A stretch of DNA of 25,664 nucleotides, from contig JBDRIL010000048.1 in assembly GCA_043815885.1 (NCBI GenBank), positions 1 to 25,664 of the forward strand, in the 5' to 3' direction. Positions within the stretch are counted from its first letter, which is position 1. Each line of letters starts with the position of its first letter. The stretch is from an archaeon (GTDB lineage: Archaea > Iainarchaeota > Iainarchaeia > Iainarchaeales > 1-14-0-10-31-34). A program made the position numbers and the translations under genes. The notes under the pieces are model-generated. The model searched no databases, was not told the DNA's origin, and saw only the letters and a list, made by a program, of their open reading frames with translations. Shown piece by piece: positions 15,515 through 24,702 of the stretch.

Positions 15515-16081
15515 ATGAATTATTTCTCTCTTTTTTCTTTTCTTTTTCTTATTTTATTATTCACTAATGCATCTGCCTTGGGCCTTGGAGTAAATCCCGC
15601 TTACCTGGAATTCAATATTAATTCTAAAGAAGATTTGGGGGGAGAGTTTTTTGTTATAAACAATGATAAAGAGAAACTCAGATTCAATGTTTACTCTGAC
15701 TCCAATGCAATTAATTTATTTCCAACTGATTTTATTCTTGAAGCAGGAGAAAACAGGAAGGTTTTAGTGAAAATAAATCCTGAATTATTGGAGAAGGATT
15801 TTAATGCAACTGTTTTCATTGTTTCCAGCAAGCTGCAAAGAACAGAGATAAGAACGGGAATAAAAATTTCTGTAAGGGTTAAAGTATTAAATAAGGAAGT
15901 TCTAGGGAAAGCCATAGAAAAGGAAATGATTGAAGAAAAAGAGGAGACAAAGGAGAAGGGAGAAGAAGTACCATTAACTGGATTCCTTTCACTTGCTTCA
16001 AGCCAAATAATTTTAGGAATCATAATAATTGCATTAGTTGTATTAACTGCAATTATTTTAAGAAAAAGAAAACAACAATAG
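15515..16081 (+). CDS. Membrane-anchored single beta-sandwich surface protein (PapD/DUF916-like)
   Basis: Signal peptide ending ASA-LGLGVNP; F.LEAGE.R.V.V; charged linker, VPLTGF, TM helix, RKRK; start is 15515 (GGAGAGG upstream) or 15491 (ATGA overlap). Confidence 0.75.
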   Translation: MNYFSLFSFLFLILLFTNASALGLGVNPAYLEFNINSKEDLGGEFFVINNDKEKLRFNVYSDSNAINLFPTDFILEAGENRKVLVKINPELLEKDFNATVFIVSSKLQRTEIRTGIKISVRVKVLNKEVLGKAIEKEMIEEKEETKEKGEEVPLTGFLSLASSQIILGIIIIALVVLTAIILRKRKQQ

Positions 16082-16191
16082 ATTAATTTCTCTTGTTTTA
16101 CCTTATTAGGTTTTATCCTAACTATTTCTCTAGGTATTTAAAAACTCGCAATCAAGGTGTTCTTTATTAATTGAAAGGAAGTAAAATAAAA

Positions 16192-17436
16192 ATGAATGAA
16201 TTCGGAAAAACAATTTCAGTATTCCTGATAATTTTAGTGTTTTCATGCTTTTTTCCCTTGGCTTCAGCCAAAACCTCTGAGGGATACTTTCATTCAAGCG
16301 ATTTCTATGTTGTAACCTTTGACGGGGAGGGAGACGCAATAGTTTCAGCAAAACTGAATATAGATAATTTCACTGAAGAAACAATTGATTCCTTTGATTT
16401 AGAGATTCCGGGAAGAGCAAGAATCTATAAAGCTGTCTTTGAGTATAATGGAAGAAGCGACTTAATTGATTATGATACTGATTTAACCTCTAATTCAACA
16501 ATCTTGCATCTTTACTTGCCTGAAGAAATTGAGCCAAACAGAGGGGCAAGCATTGTATTAATGTACAAGATAAGCGAGAACGCAGAAAAAGATATCTTTG
16601 GAACATTCAATTTTGATTTCAAGACAATTGTTGACAAGGATGCGGCATTAATCCAGAGGATTAGAGTGGCAGTTAATTTCCAGGAAGGACTGCACCTTAA
16701 AGGAGGAGAGGGAAAAATAGAGTACAAGCCTGAATTCTTTGGAGAGGTTGCATTAGGAAAAATGGCTTCAGCAGAATTAACTTCTCCTTACTACAGGGAC
16801 TACAGCAATGCAATTGAATACGAGAAAGGAAGCATAGTAAAAGAAGCCTATAATCTTGATCCATTCGAGTCATTCCATGTAAAAGGCCAGTACTCAGAGA
16901 ACTGGTTTATCTTATTCTTTACAGACATCCTTTTATGGATAATTATTTTAGGATTGCTTGGAATAATAGTAAAGAAATTTGTATGGAAACAGATTACAGA
17001 AGTGAAAGAAGTAATTGAAACAGAACCATTCAAACCAAAAAGAAAACAAAAATCAATTGAAACAAAAGAAACTCAATTACAGGAAAACAATCTGGGATTA
17101 ATTTTAAGCACAGGCTTTCTTTCATCTCTCGCAGTAATTGCTTACTGGTGGTTCATTGTATTGATTATCCCTTTCCTTAGTTCAGTTGTCGGATGGAATC
17201 TCTCAGCAGTAATTGGACTGCTTTTCTTTCTGCTGGGAATTGCAGTTACAGGAATCCTAATAATTGTTCCGGGAATTTACTTCGGAAAAAAGAAAGGCTT
17301 TTCAACAGGACTATGGATTGTAGTCAGCACAATTCTGTGGCTTTTCGTGTTAGGAATAATCAGTTTAGTAATAATTGCATTGCTGACCCAGCCAAGCTAC
17401 ACCTACACAAACTACGCAATAAAGGCAATCGATTAA
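16192..17436 (+). CDS. Hypothetical membrane protein: signal peptide, extracellular beta-rich domain, about four TM helices
   Basis: Hydrophobic N-terminus ending ASA; hydrophilic domain of about 215 aa; TM, charged loop, three further TMs. Confidence 0.85.
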   Translation: MNEFGKTISVFLIILVFSCFFPLASAKTSEGYFHSSDFYVVTFDGEGDAIVSAKLNIDNFTEETIDSFDLEIPGRARIYKAVFEYNGRSDLIDYDTDLTSNSTILHLYLPEEIEPNRGASIVLMYKISENAEKDIFGTFNFDFKTIVDKDAALIQRIRVAVNFQEGLHLKGGEGKIEYKPEFFGEVALGKMASAELTSPYYRDYSNAIEYEKGSIVKEAYNLDPFESFHVKGQYSENWFILFFTDILLWIIILGLLGIIVKKFVWKQITEVKEVIETEPFKPKRKQKSIETKETQLQENNLGLILSTGFLSSLAVIAYWWFIVLIIPFLSSVVGWNLSAVIGLLFFLLGIAVTGILIIVPGIYFGKKKGFSTGLWIVVSTILWLFVLGIISLVIIALLTQPSYTYTNYAIKAID

Positions 17437-17505
17437 TTTTTATCCCCCCTTTTTTCTTTTTTTTTAAGATAAGTTTATTAATTAGAAAAGAGTTTTAGTA
17501 TAAGA

Positions 17506-17754
17506 ATGAATTGTAAAAAATTCTTTAAGTTTAGTGCTGTGAAATTGATTGGCTTAATAGTGGTAATTTTATTAGTTTTATCTGGATTATTTTTTGGGTT
17601 TGGACTAAGTTTTGGAAATGAAATGAAGCTCAATTGTGAAAAATATGATGTAGCTGTTTGCCATTGTGCTGGAATAATACATGACCAAGGAAAAGAGTGT
17701 TTGGGCGCCAGGTTTTCATGCACTCGATGGCTGGATTCTTGTGTAGATGTGTAA
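17506..17754 (+). CDS. Small membrane-anchored Cys-rich protein
   Basis: N-terminal hydrophobic helix followed by six Cys (C...CHC...C...C...C). Confidence 0.65.
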   Translation: MNCKKFFKFSAVKLIGLIVVILLVLSGLFFGFGLSFGNEMKLNCEKYDVAVCHCAGIIHDQGKECLGARFSCTRWLDSCVDV

Positions 17755-17786
17755 AGAACTTAAAAAAATAAAAAGTGAAAAAATAA

Positions 17787-18341
17787 ATGAATTATAAATT
17801 AATTCCATTGATTCTTATTGCAGGAATTGTTTTTCTTATGGGTTGCACTCAACCCCCATTGGGTTGTACAGAGGAAGGCAAGGTCTGTCCTGATGGGAGT
17901 ATTGTTGCAAGAACCCTCCCAAACTGTGAATTTGCTCCTTGCCCTGTTAAGCAAAAGTATTTTGAAGTGAAGCTTGAAGTGGATGCGCCTTTTTCTACTG
18001 CAACACTGATTTTTGACCAGGAAGGGAATATCACTTATGAAGCAGATGCCCCTAAAATGGGGATTGGAAAACAGGTTGGCACAGCAAAAATTACATCAAA
18101 ACAATTCCAGGAATTAAGTAAATTAATAAATGAAAACAATTTCTTTTCATTCAGTGAAAGGTATGAGGAAGAGGATTTAATGGATGCAATCTATTACGCC
18201 ATTACAGTAAAATACACTCAGGAAGGAGAAAGCAAAAGCCACAAAGTTATGTGTTACGGAGAATGCCCCAGAGAAGTAGTGGAAATAAGGAATAAACTCA
18301 AGGAACTTTGGGGAGGGGAAATACTCGAAGTAGGAGTGTAA
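17787..18341 (+). CDS. Predicted lipoprotein with a 4-Cys mini-domain
   Basis: Lipobox-like FLMGC; CTEEGKVCPDGSIVARTLPNCEFAPCP; C-terminal domain FQELSKLI..NNFFSF.ERY. Confidence 0.85.
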   Translation: MNYKLIPLILIAGIVFLMGCTQPPLGCTEEGKVCPDGSIVARTLPNCEFAPCPVKQKYFEVKLEVDAPFSTATLIFDQEGNITYEADAPKMGIGKQVGTAKITSKQFQELSKLINENNFFSFSERYEEEDLMDAIYYAITVKYTQEGESKSHKVMCYGECPREVVEIRNKLKELWGGEILEVGV

Positions 18342-18571
18342 TGCTGAAAAACAAAATTCAGTTATGTATAAGTTGTCTTTGTGTGGATATTGGTTTTTGG
18401 CTTCTTTATGGCTTGGGAAAGTATGCTATTAGACTCTTATGCATCTTAGAACCCTTCAGAGCGCCAAAAATCAACTATCTGGAATGATTATAGTTAATGG
18501 AGTGACTCTGAAGCAGGGTTTTATTAGCCCCAAAAGCATCAATTTATGCATTTCACAATTATTATATTAGC

Positions 18572-19645
18572 CTATTTTGCCATATAGACTTTTCTCACTG
18601 GCCAGGAAATCTCGATGTTGTTCTTCTCGTATTCCTTTGTCAGTTCTTTCACAAATTCGTGTTTTAGCTTGTATTGGTCGACAAAGGTCTGTGCTCTCAG
18701 TATTACAGAGAAGTTAATATTGCTGTCCCCGAATTCATTGAAGCGGACAAATGGAGTGAAATCCTTTACCCCTCCTTCCACTGTCTGGAGTATTTTCTTT
18801 GCTGTATCAAAAGTGACTTTTTCTACTTTATCTAAATCAGAGCCATAAGCTACCCCGCATTTAATTATTATGGACATCTCTCTTTGGGGGGCAGAGTAAT
18901 TAGTCACAATGCTCTGCGCCAGCTTTGAATTAGGGATAATTACCATGTTATTTGGAAGAGTCCTTATCTTTGTGCTCCTCCAGCCAATTCCCATAACCCA
19001 TCCATTCAATCCATTCTCTAATTCAATGTAATCCCCTATCTTGATTGAACGGTCGGTTACAAGATAGGTTCCAGCAAAAAAACTAGAGAGAGTATCCTGC
19101 AATGCCAATGCTACTGCAATTCCCCCTATTCCAAGAGAAGCAATAAGAGGGGTTATTTCCACCCCAAATGAAGTAAACAAAAACATTAATCCAATAATAA
19201 TTATTACTCCTGAAAGCACTTTCCCGAATAAAGAGACAAAGGTTTCGTCCAGTGCCTTTCTTGTAACCTTAGTGTAATTTAAGAAAACCAGATTCAATAA
19301 AACATTCGCTATCTTTATCGCGACGTATGTCCCAACAATCACCCCTATTACAGTAAATGCAAGGTCAATTGATTGCCTGTAGGAAACAATAAATTCCAGG
19401 GTAATTAAGGCAAAATAGATTCCACAAAGAATTATTCCGACAACGATTGGCCTCTCCAGTTTCTTTATTAATGCAATGTCTCCCTGCAGCCTTGTCTTTG
19501 AGGTTACTGCCTTAAAGATTTTTTCAATTACCTTGTAAAGCACTTTAGCCAGAACAACAGAGACAGCAATAAACATTATTGCCAGAATTATGTCTCCGTA
19601 AAGCACTCCGTCAAACAAATTCAATAAGCCAGTGTAATAATCCAT
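18572..19645 (-). CDS. mscS: Small-conductance mechanosensitive channel
   Basis: ASLGIGGIAVALALQDTLSSFFAG, IKIGDYI, IGWRSTKIRT, IPNSKL, GVAYGSDLDKV, FGDSNINF. Confidence 0.95.
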   Translation of the reverse strand: MDYYTGLLNLFDGVLYGDIILAIMFIAVSVVLAKVLYKVIEKIFKAVTSKTRLQGDIALIKKLERPIVVGIILCGIYFALITLEFIVSYRQSIDLAFTVIGVIVGTYVAIKIANVLLNLVFLNYTKVTRKALDETFVSLFGKVLSGVIIIIGLMFLFTSFGVEITPLIASLGIGGIAVALALQDTLSSFFAGTYLVTDRSIKIGDYIELENGLNGWVMGIGWRSTKIRTLPNNMVIIPNSKLAQSIVTNYSAPQREMSIIIKCGVAYGSDLDKVEKVTFDTAKKILQTVEGGVKDFTPFVRFNEFGDSNINFSVILRAQTFVDQYKLKHEFVKELTKEYEKNNIEISWPVRKVYMAK

Positions 19646-19680
19646 ACTCTATTGAATAACAGCAAAAATGATTTAAAGTT

Positions 19681-19772
19681 ATATCAAAGGACAAATTTTG
19701 TTTTCATATTTTTGTCCTTTGATAGCTATCAAAAGACATTAAAAAAGTTTCATAATTAATGTCTTTTGATAT
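19681..19772. repeat. Repeat family B, copy 2
   Basis: 86/92 identical to 4954..5045; both stems perfect in this copy. Confidence 0.95.
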
Positions 19773-19879
19773 TAGCTTCTGCTTAAGGTTATTAATTATT
19801 TTTATTACAAGAATATTTCGGGAAGGCACAGAAAAACAACTAATTAATCAGTGAATTCTTTTAAGGAAGTGAAAGGCAA

Positions 19880-22465
19880 TTGATTGAATTCCAGGAAAAA
19901 AAGTATTCAGACAAAGAGATTTACTCTCAATTAAATCCATTGCTTGGAGAATGGTTCAGGGAAAAGTTTGGAGAATTCACTGAACCACAGAGATATGCAA
20001 TACTGAATATCCACAGGGAAGAAAATACACTAATTAGTGCTGTCACTGGTTCAGGAAAGACTCTTTCTGCATTCACTGCAATATTAAATGAATTAATTAC
20101 CCTCTCTGAATACAATCAACTGGAGGACAGAGTTTATTGTGTTTACATCAGCCCCCTAAAAGCACTCAATAATGATATTAGGAGAAACCTGCTTGAGCCG
20201 TTAAAGGAAATAACAGAAAAAGCAAAAAAGAAAAGCAAGAAAATTAATGTAAGGGTAGGGGTAAGGACAGGAGACACTACTCAAAGCGAGAGAGCAGCAA
20301 TGATGAGAAAGCCCCCGCATATTTTAATTACGACTCCTGAGTCTCTTGCAATAATTCTTAATGCGCCAAAATTCAGATTGCTTTTATCAAAAGTGAAATG
20401 GTGCATTGTGGATGAAATTCACGCTTTAGCGAATAACAAGAGAGGAGTTCACCTCTCGCTTTCAATGGAACGATTACAAAAACTTTCTCCCAAACTTACG
20501 AGGATTGGATTGAGTGCAACCATTGCCCCAATAAAGGAAGTAGCTGAATTTCTTGTTGGATTGGAGAAAGGAAAGGAAAGGCCCTGTAAAATAGTTGATG
20601 TAAAGCTGGAAAAGAAACTGAATTTAAAGGTGATTTCTCCCCTGCCTAACTTAATTGATGTTTCACAGGAACAACTTCATGAATCCCTTTACAATTTACT
20701 TGACAAATTAATTCAGGAGCACAGGACAACACTTGTATTCACTAATACAAGAAGCGCTACAGAAAGAGTGGTTCACAACTTAAAGGAAAAGTTTCCAAAG
20801 AATTATGCTGCAAACATTGGAGCACATCATTCTTCCTTGAGCAGAGAATCAAGGCTGAATACTGAGGAAAGGCTGAAAAAAGGAGAATTAAAGGTAATTG
20901 TGAGTTCCACCAGCCTTGAATTAGGAATAGATATTGGTTTTATTGATTTAGTTGTATTGTTAGGCTCTCCAAAAAGTGTTGCCCGCGCATTGCAGAGAAT
21001 TGGAAGAAGCGGCCACAGGCTTCATGACGAGATAAAGGGAAGAATAATTGTTTTGGATAGAGATGACTTGATTGAATGTGCTGTTTTAATGAAGGATGCA
21101 TTAGAGCATAAAATTGACAGGATACAGATTCCAAAAAATTGCTTGGATGTTCTCGCACAACAGATATTCGGAATTGCAATAGAAGAAAGACAGGATATAG
21201 AGGAAGTACTTGAATTAGTAAAGCAAAGCTACTGCTACAAGGATTTGAAGAGAAGTTCATTCTATGAAGTAATTTCCTATCTCTCAGGAGAATATTCTTC
21301 CCTTGAAGTAAGGCATGTGTATGGAAAGATTTGGTATGACTCTGAAACAAAAATGATTGGAAAGAAGGGAAAGCTTGCAAGAATTATCTATATGACTAAT
21401 ATCGGTACAATTCCGGATGAAGCAAGGATTACAGTAAAATTAAAGGAACTGAAGATCGGGACAATAGATGAAGGCTTTCTGGAGAGGCTGAAGAAAGGAG
21501 ATGTATTTGTTCTGGGGGGGCAGAGCTATGAATTCAGGTATGCTTCTGGAATGACTGCACAGGTTGTCTCTGCCTACAAGAGGCCTCCAACTGTTCCTTC
21601 ATGGTTCTCGGAAATGCTTCCATTAACATTTGACCTGGCTTTGGAGATACAGAAATTCCGTTACTTAATGGAGGAAAAATTCAAGGCAAAGAAAAGCAAA
21701 AAGGAAATAATTGAATTCATTCACCCCTACTTGTACGTTGAAGAGAATGCATCAAACGCAATCTATGAATATTTCAAGGAACAGTTTTTGTATGCTGAAA
21801 TCCCTCACACAAAAAAATTATTGATTGAAGTATACAGGGAAGCCAGTTTGAATCACGTGGTATTCCATTCGCTTTACGGAAGGAGAGTGAATGATGCATT
21901 AAGCAGGGCATATGGTTATGCTTTAAGCAAATTAATTCACAAGGACGTGGAGATTTCAATGAATGACAATGGATTTGTTCTCACAGCGAACACTAAAATG
22001 CCTGTAGAGAGAATGCTTTCATTAGTAAAAAGCAATGAATTAAGAAAACTGCTTGAATTAGCAATTGAAAGAACTGAGGTTTTAAATAGAAGGTTCAGGC
22101 ACTGTGCTGTCCGTTCCTTAATGATTCTCCGCTCCTATAAAGGGCATAAGAAAACTGCAGGAAGACAACAGATGGCTTCTCGACTTCTCCTGAATGCAGT
22201 GAAGAGAATCTCCAATGATTTTCCTGTTTTGAGGGAAGCAAGAAGAGAGGTACTGGAGGATTTAATGGACATAAGCAATGCAGAAAAAGTAATAGAAGGA
22301 ATTGAAAAAAAATTAATCAAGACGAAAATAATCCAAACAGAAATCCCTTCTCCCTTTGCATTCAATCTAATAATCCAGGGATACGCAGACATAATGCGAA
22401 TAGAAGACAAGCTTCAATTTGTAAAGAGAATGCATGAAGAAATAATGAAAAGAATAAAGGAATAA
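19880..22465 (+). CDS. lhr: Lhr-family ATP-dependent SF2 helicase (Lhr-Core type)
   Basis: TGSGKT, SPLKALNND, ITTPESL, DEIH, LSAT, FTNTR, HHSSLS, LELGID, QRIGRSGH, IGTIPD, PSPFA. Confidence 0.95.
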   Translation: MIEFQEKKYSDKEIYSQLNPLLGEWFREKFGEFTEPQRYAILNIHREENTLISAVTGSGKTLSAFTAILNELITLSEYNQLEDRVYCVYISPLKALNNDIRRNLLEPLKEITEKAKKKSKKINVRVGVRTGDTTQSERAAMMRKPPHILITTPESLAIILNAPKFRLLLSKVKWCIVDEIHALANNKRGVHLSLSMERLQKLSPKLTRIGLSATIAPIKEVAEFLVGLEKGKERPCKIVDVKLEKKLNLKVISPLPNLIDVSQEQLHESLYNLLDKLIQEHRTTLVFTNTRSATERVVHNLKEKFPKNYAANIGAHHSSLSRESRLNTEERLKKGELKVIVSSTSLELGIDIGFIDLVVLLGSPKSVARALQRIGRSGHRLHDEIKGRIIVLDRDDLIECAVLMKDALEHKIDRIQIPKNCLDVLAQQIFGIAIEERQDIEEVLELVKQSYCYKDLKRSSFYEVISYLSGEYSSLEVRHVYGKIWYDSETKMIGKKGKLARIIYMTNIGTIPDEARITVKLKELKIGTIDEGFLERLKKGDVFVLGGQSYEFRYASGMTAQVVSAYKRPPTVPSWFSEMLPLTFDLALEIQKFRYLMEEKFKAKKSKKEIIEFIHPYLYVEENASNAIYEYFKEQFLYAEIPHTKKLLIEVYREASLNHVVFHSLYGRRVNDALSRAYGYALSKLIHKDVEISMNDNGFVLTANTKMPVERMLSLVKSNELRKLLELAIERTEVLNRRFRHCAVRSLMILRSYKGHKKTAGRQQMASRLLLNAVKRISNDFPVLREARREVLEDLMDISNAEKVIEGIEKKLIKTKIIQTEIPSPFAFNLIIQGYADIMRIEDKLQFVKRMHEEIMKRIKE

Positions 22466-22483
22466 TAAAAAAAATTGATTATT

Positions 22484-23257
22484 ATGAAAAAAACAAAAGC
22501 AAAAATAAAGGAAAAATTAATTCTTCCAAACACAAGAATTATTGATTTATCCCTTTATTTTAAGAAAGAAAAAATTCTGGTTATTGCTGACCTGCATTTA
22601 GGCTATGAGGAGGCAATGAATAAGGAAGGAATATTTATCCCGAGAATGAATTTTGATGACTGCAGAAAGAGAATGCAGAAAATTTTTTTGGAATTAAAGG
22701 AAAAAGAAGGAATCGATAAGAAAAATAAATTAGAGAAAATAATTATTTTGGGGGATTTGAAACACGAGTTTGGTGGAATCAGTGAACAGGAATGGAATGA
22801 AGTAATTTTGATGCTTGAATTCCTTTCCCTCTACTGCAGGGAAATAGTATTGGTTCAGGGAAACCATGACAATATTCTTGGACCAATAGCTAAATGGAAG
22901 AATATGGAGATTGTTCCCCATTATTATTTAAAGGATAAAAAAATCCTTTTCCTTCACGGTCATAAAATGAAATTCTCTAAAGAATTCATTGAAGCAAAAA
23001 TTCTTGTAATCGCCCACGAGCATCCGGCAATCAGCTTGAGAGAGGGAGTAAAGAAGGAAAAATACAAATGCTTCCTGAAAGGAAAATATGAAAAAAAAGA
23101 ATTGATTGTACTGCCTTCAATTCTTTCAATCACAGAAGGAGCCGATGTGCTGAATAAAAAATTACTGAGTCCCTTCCTGCAGGGAGAATTGGATGAATTC
23201 GAGACATGGATAGTTGAAGACAAAATCTACTACTTCGGAAAAATAAAGAACCTGTGA
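22484..23257 (+). CDS. Lhr-associated metallophosphoesterase (ICC-like)
   Basis: ADLHLGYE, LGDLKH, GNHD, HGH, AHEHP, VLPS, LLSP; directly downstream of lhr. Confidence 0.9.
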   Translation: MKKTKAKIKEKLILPNTRIIDLSLYFKKEKILVIADLHLGYEEAMNKEGIFIPRMNFDDCRKRMQKIFLELKEKEGIDKKNKLEKIIILGDLKHEFGGISEQEWNEVILMLEFLSLYCREIVLVQGNHDNILGPIAKWKNMEIVPHYYLKDKKILFLHGHKMKFSKEFIEAKILVIAHEHPAISLREGVKKEKYKCFLKGKYEKKELIVLPSILSITEGADVLNKKLLSPFLQGELDEFETWIVEDKIYYFGKIKNL

Positions 23258-23292
23258 ATTGTTTTTATTCTTTTGGTTAAATTATTGTTATA

Positions 23293-23409
23293 ATGAAAGA
23301 AAAAGATGAAGAATTAGAGGAAGATGAAATAAGACAGATTGAAGAATCCTTAAAGGCAATAAAAAAAGGAGAAGTCTTAGATTGGAAAAAAGCCTACAAA
23401 ACTATTTAA
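23293..23409 (+). CDS. 38-aa peptide resembling the C-terminal half of RelB-type antitoxins, not in the ORF track
   Basis: MKEKDEELEEDEIRQIEESLKAIKKGEVLDWKKAYKTI. Confidence 0.5.
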   Translation: MKEKDEELEEDEIRQIEESLKAIKKGEVLDWKKAYKTI

Positions 23410-23454
23410 AATTATAGATTACAATTTATTCTTTTTGTTTAATAAAGTAATACG

Positions 23455-24195
23455 ATGGAAGAAAATTTTTTGTTTTATGAAGAATTACCAGCAGAAAAGT
23501 CTATTTTATATAAATCAAAATTAAATAAACTAATTTATTTCTCTCTCATCTATTTGGCTATTTCTTTGATATTTCTTATTATGAATGATGCAATTATTAA
23601 ATCATATTTTTTGGATGTTTATCAGGACATTCCTTCGGCCAATGTTTTTACAATCATGCTTAGCTTTTTTTTAGTGTTTTCAATGTTTATACTCGGAATT
23701 ATTTTTTTCTTTTTTAAAAAAGGACTAAAAAAAGAATTAGATGTAGGAGTAAATGAGGATGGCATAATATTAAACAAGGTAAAATTTTATTGGAGAGAAA
23801 TTCATGCAATTAACCCCGTGCCCCAAAAAAGAAATTATGCTAATTTTAGCGTATTCCAATTAAAAGCAACTAAAGGAGGATTCTGGACATCTAAATTAAT
23901 ACAAACGATTAAAGGAAATTTTTGGTTATTTGAAGTAAAAAACAAAAAAGGATTTGAAGAAGCTTTATCAAAAGCTGGCGCAGACAATATTTTAAATCAA
24001 AAAACTATAGGCAATATTCAAAAGAATTTTTTCCGCATGCTAATTATCCTTGGAATATTTATATTTACTCTGGCTAACGTAATATACAGAGTAGAAACAA
24101 AAAATTTTGCCTATGTTCTGGTTCTATCAGTTTGGGCTACAATATTTTTTATAATCATAATAGAGTTCGAAAGATTAAGCAAACTGCAAATATGA
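23455..24195 (+). CDS. Hypothetical membrane protein (about four TM helices), very AT-rich
   Basis: 246-aa ORF; two TM pairs flank a soluble segment VNEDGI....FYWREI. Confidence 0.75.
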   Translation: MEENFLFYEELPAEKSILYKSKLNKLIYFSLIYLAISLIFLIMNDAIIKSYFLDVYQDIPSANVFTIMLSFFLVFSMFILGIIFFFFKKGLKKELDVGVNEDGIILNKVKFYWREIHAINPVPQKRNYANFSVFQLKATKGGFWTSKLIQTIKGNFWLFEVKNKKGFEEALSKAGADNILNQKTIGNIQKNFFRMLIILGIFIFTLANVIYRVETKNFAYVLVLSVWATIFFIIIIEFERLSKLQI

Positions 24196-24259
24196 TGTGC
24201 TTTCTTGCCTTTCTTTCTTTGGACAACTTGCCATTTTTTTCTTTTGGGATAACGTAACA

Positions 24260-24286
24260 CTTTTCTTTTTTTCTAAAAAAGAAAAG
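24260..24286. terminator. Possible bidirectional terminator hairpin between the convergent CDS and tRNA
   Basis: CTTTTCTTTTTT-tct-AAAAAAGAAAAG perfect 12-bp inverted repeat. Confidence 0.55.
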
Positions 24287-24294
24287 GGTCCGAG

Positions 24295-24369
24295 TGGGGC
24301 CGCCGAGATTCGAACTCGGGTTGGCAACTCCCGAAGCTGCAGTGCTAGACCAAACTACACCACGGCCCC
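24295..24369 (-). tRNA. tRNA-Pro (anticodon CGG), no intron, CCA not encoded
   Basis: GGGGCCG/CGGCCCC-A acceptor stem; anticodon arm GCAGC-TTCGGGA-GTTGC; T arm CCGAG-TTCGAAT-CTCGG. Confidence 0.96.
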
Positions 24370-24414
24370 CTGAAATAGAAATAAAAGAAAAAGTATTAAT
24401 ATTGAACAGCAGAG

Positions 24415-24612
24415 TTAATGTCTCTTGTAGATTCTGTAGAAACTCCATACCAAAAGCAGTACAAAGATGAAGATGAATATTTCAACTGAATTGAAGACCA
24501 GCTGGAAGAACTTGTAGAATAATGCACTCCACCAGTCCAGAATATCCATAACTGCAAGTATGTAGAGTACTGGAATAAGGAAAATTATTCCGAGGTAACT
24601 ACGCCTAGCCAT
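24415..24612 (-). CDS. Small two-TM membrane protein (65 aa)
   Basis: Two hydrophobic segments with basic termini; TATA-like sequence about 20-28 bp upstream. Confidence 0.7.
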   Translation of the reverse strand: MARRSYLGIIFLIPVLYILAVMDILDWWSALFYKFFQLVFNSVEIFIFIFVLLLVWSFYRIYKRH

Positions 24613-24702
24613 AATGATTATGTAGAAGGATATATTTAAAAAGTATAGATTCCCTATAATCTTATTTGGTTAATTTTTGGGGGGAGAAAAACGGCTAAAA
24701 AG

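Noticed and set aside
3704..19772. Repeats A and B as CRISPR arrays or integron attC sites
   Set aside because: No regular repeat-spacer periodicity, no cas or integrase gene, and the flanking genes are housekeeping rather than cassettes
19880..23257. Lhr + metallophosphoesterase as a novel defence system
   Set aside because: This is an established conserved DNA-repair gene pairing, and the motifs are canonical
24155..24448. 97-aa minus-strand ORF
   Set aside because: Runs through the tRNA-Pro gene and the terminator; spurious
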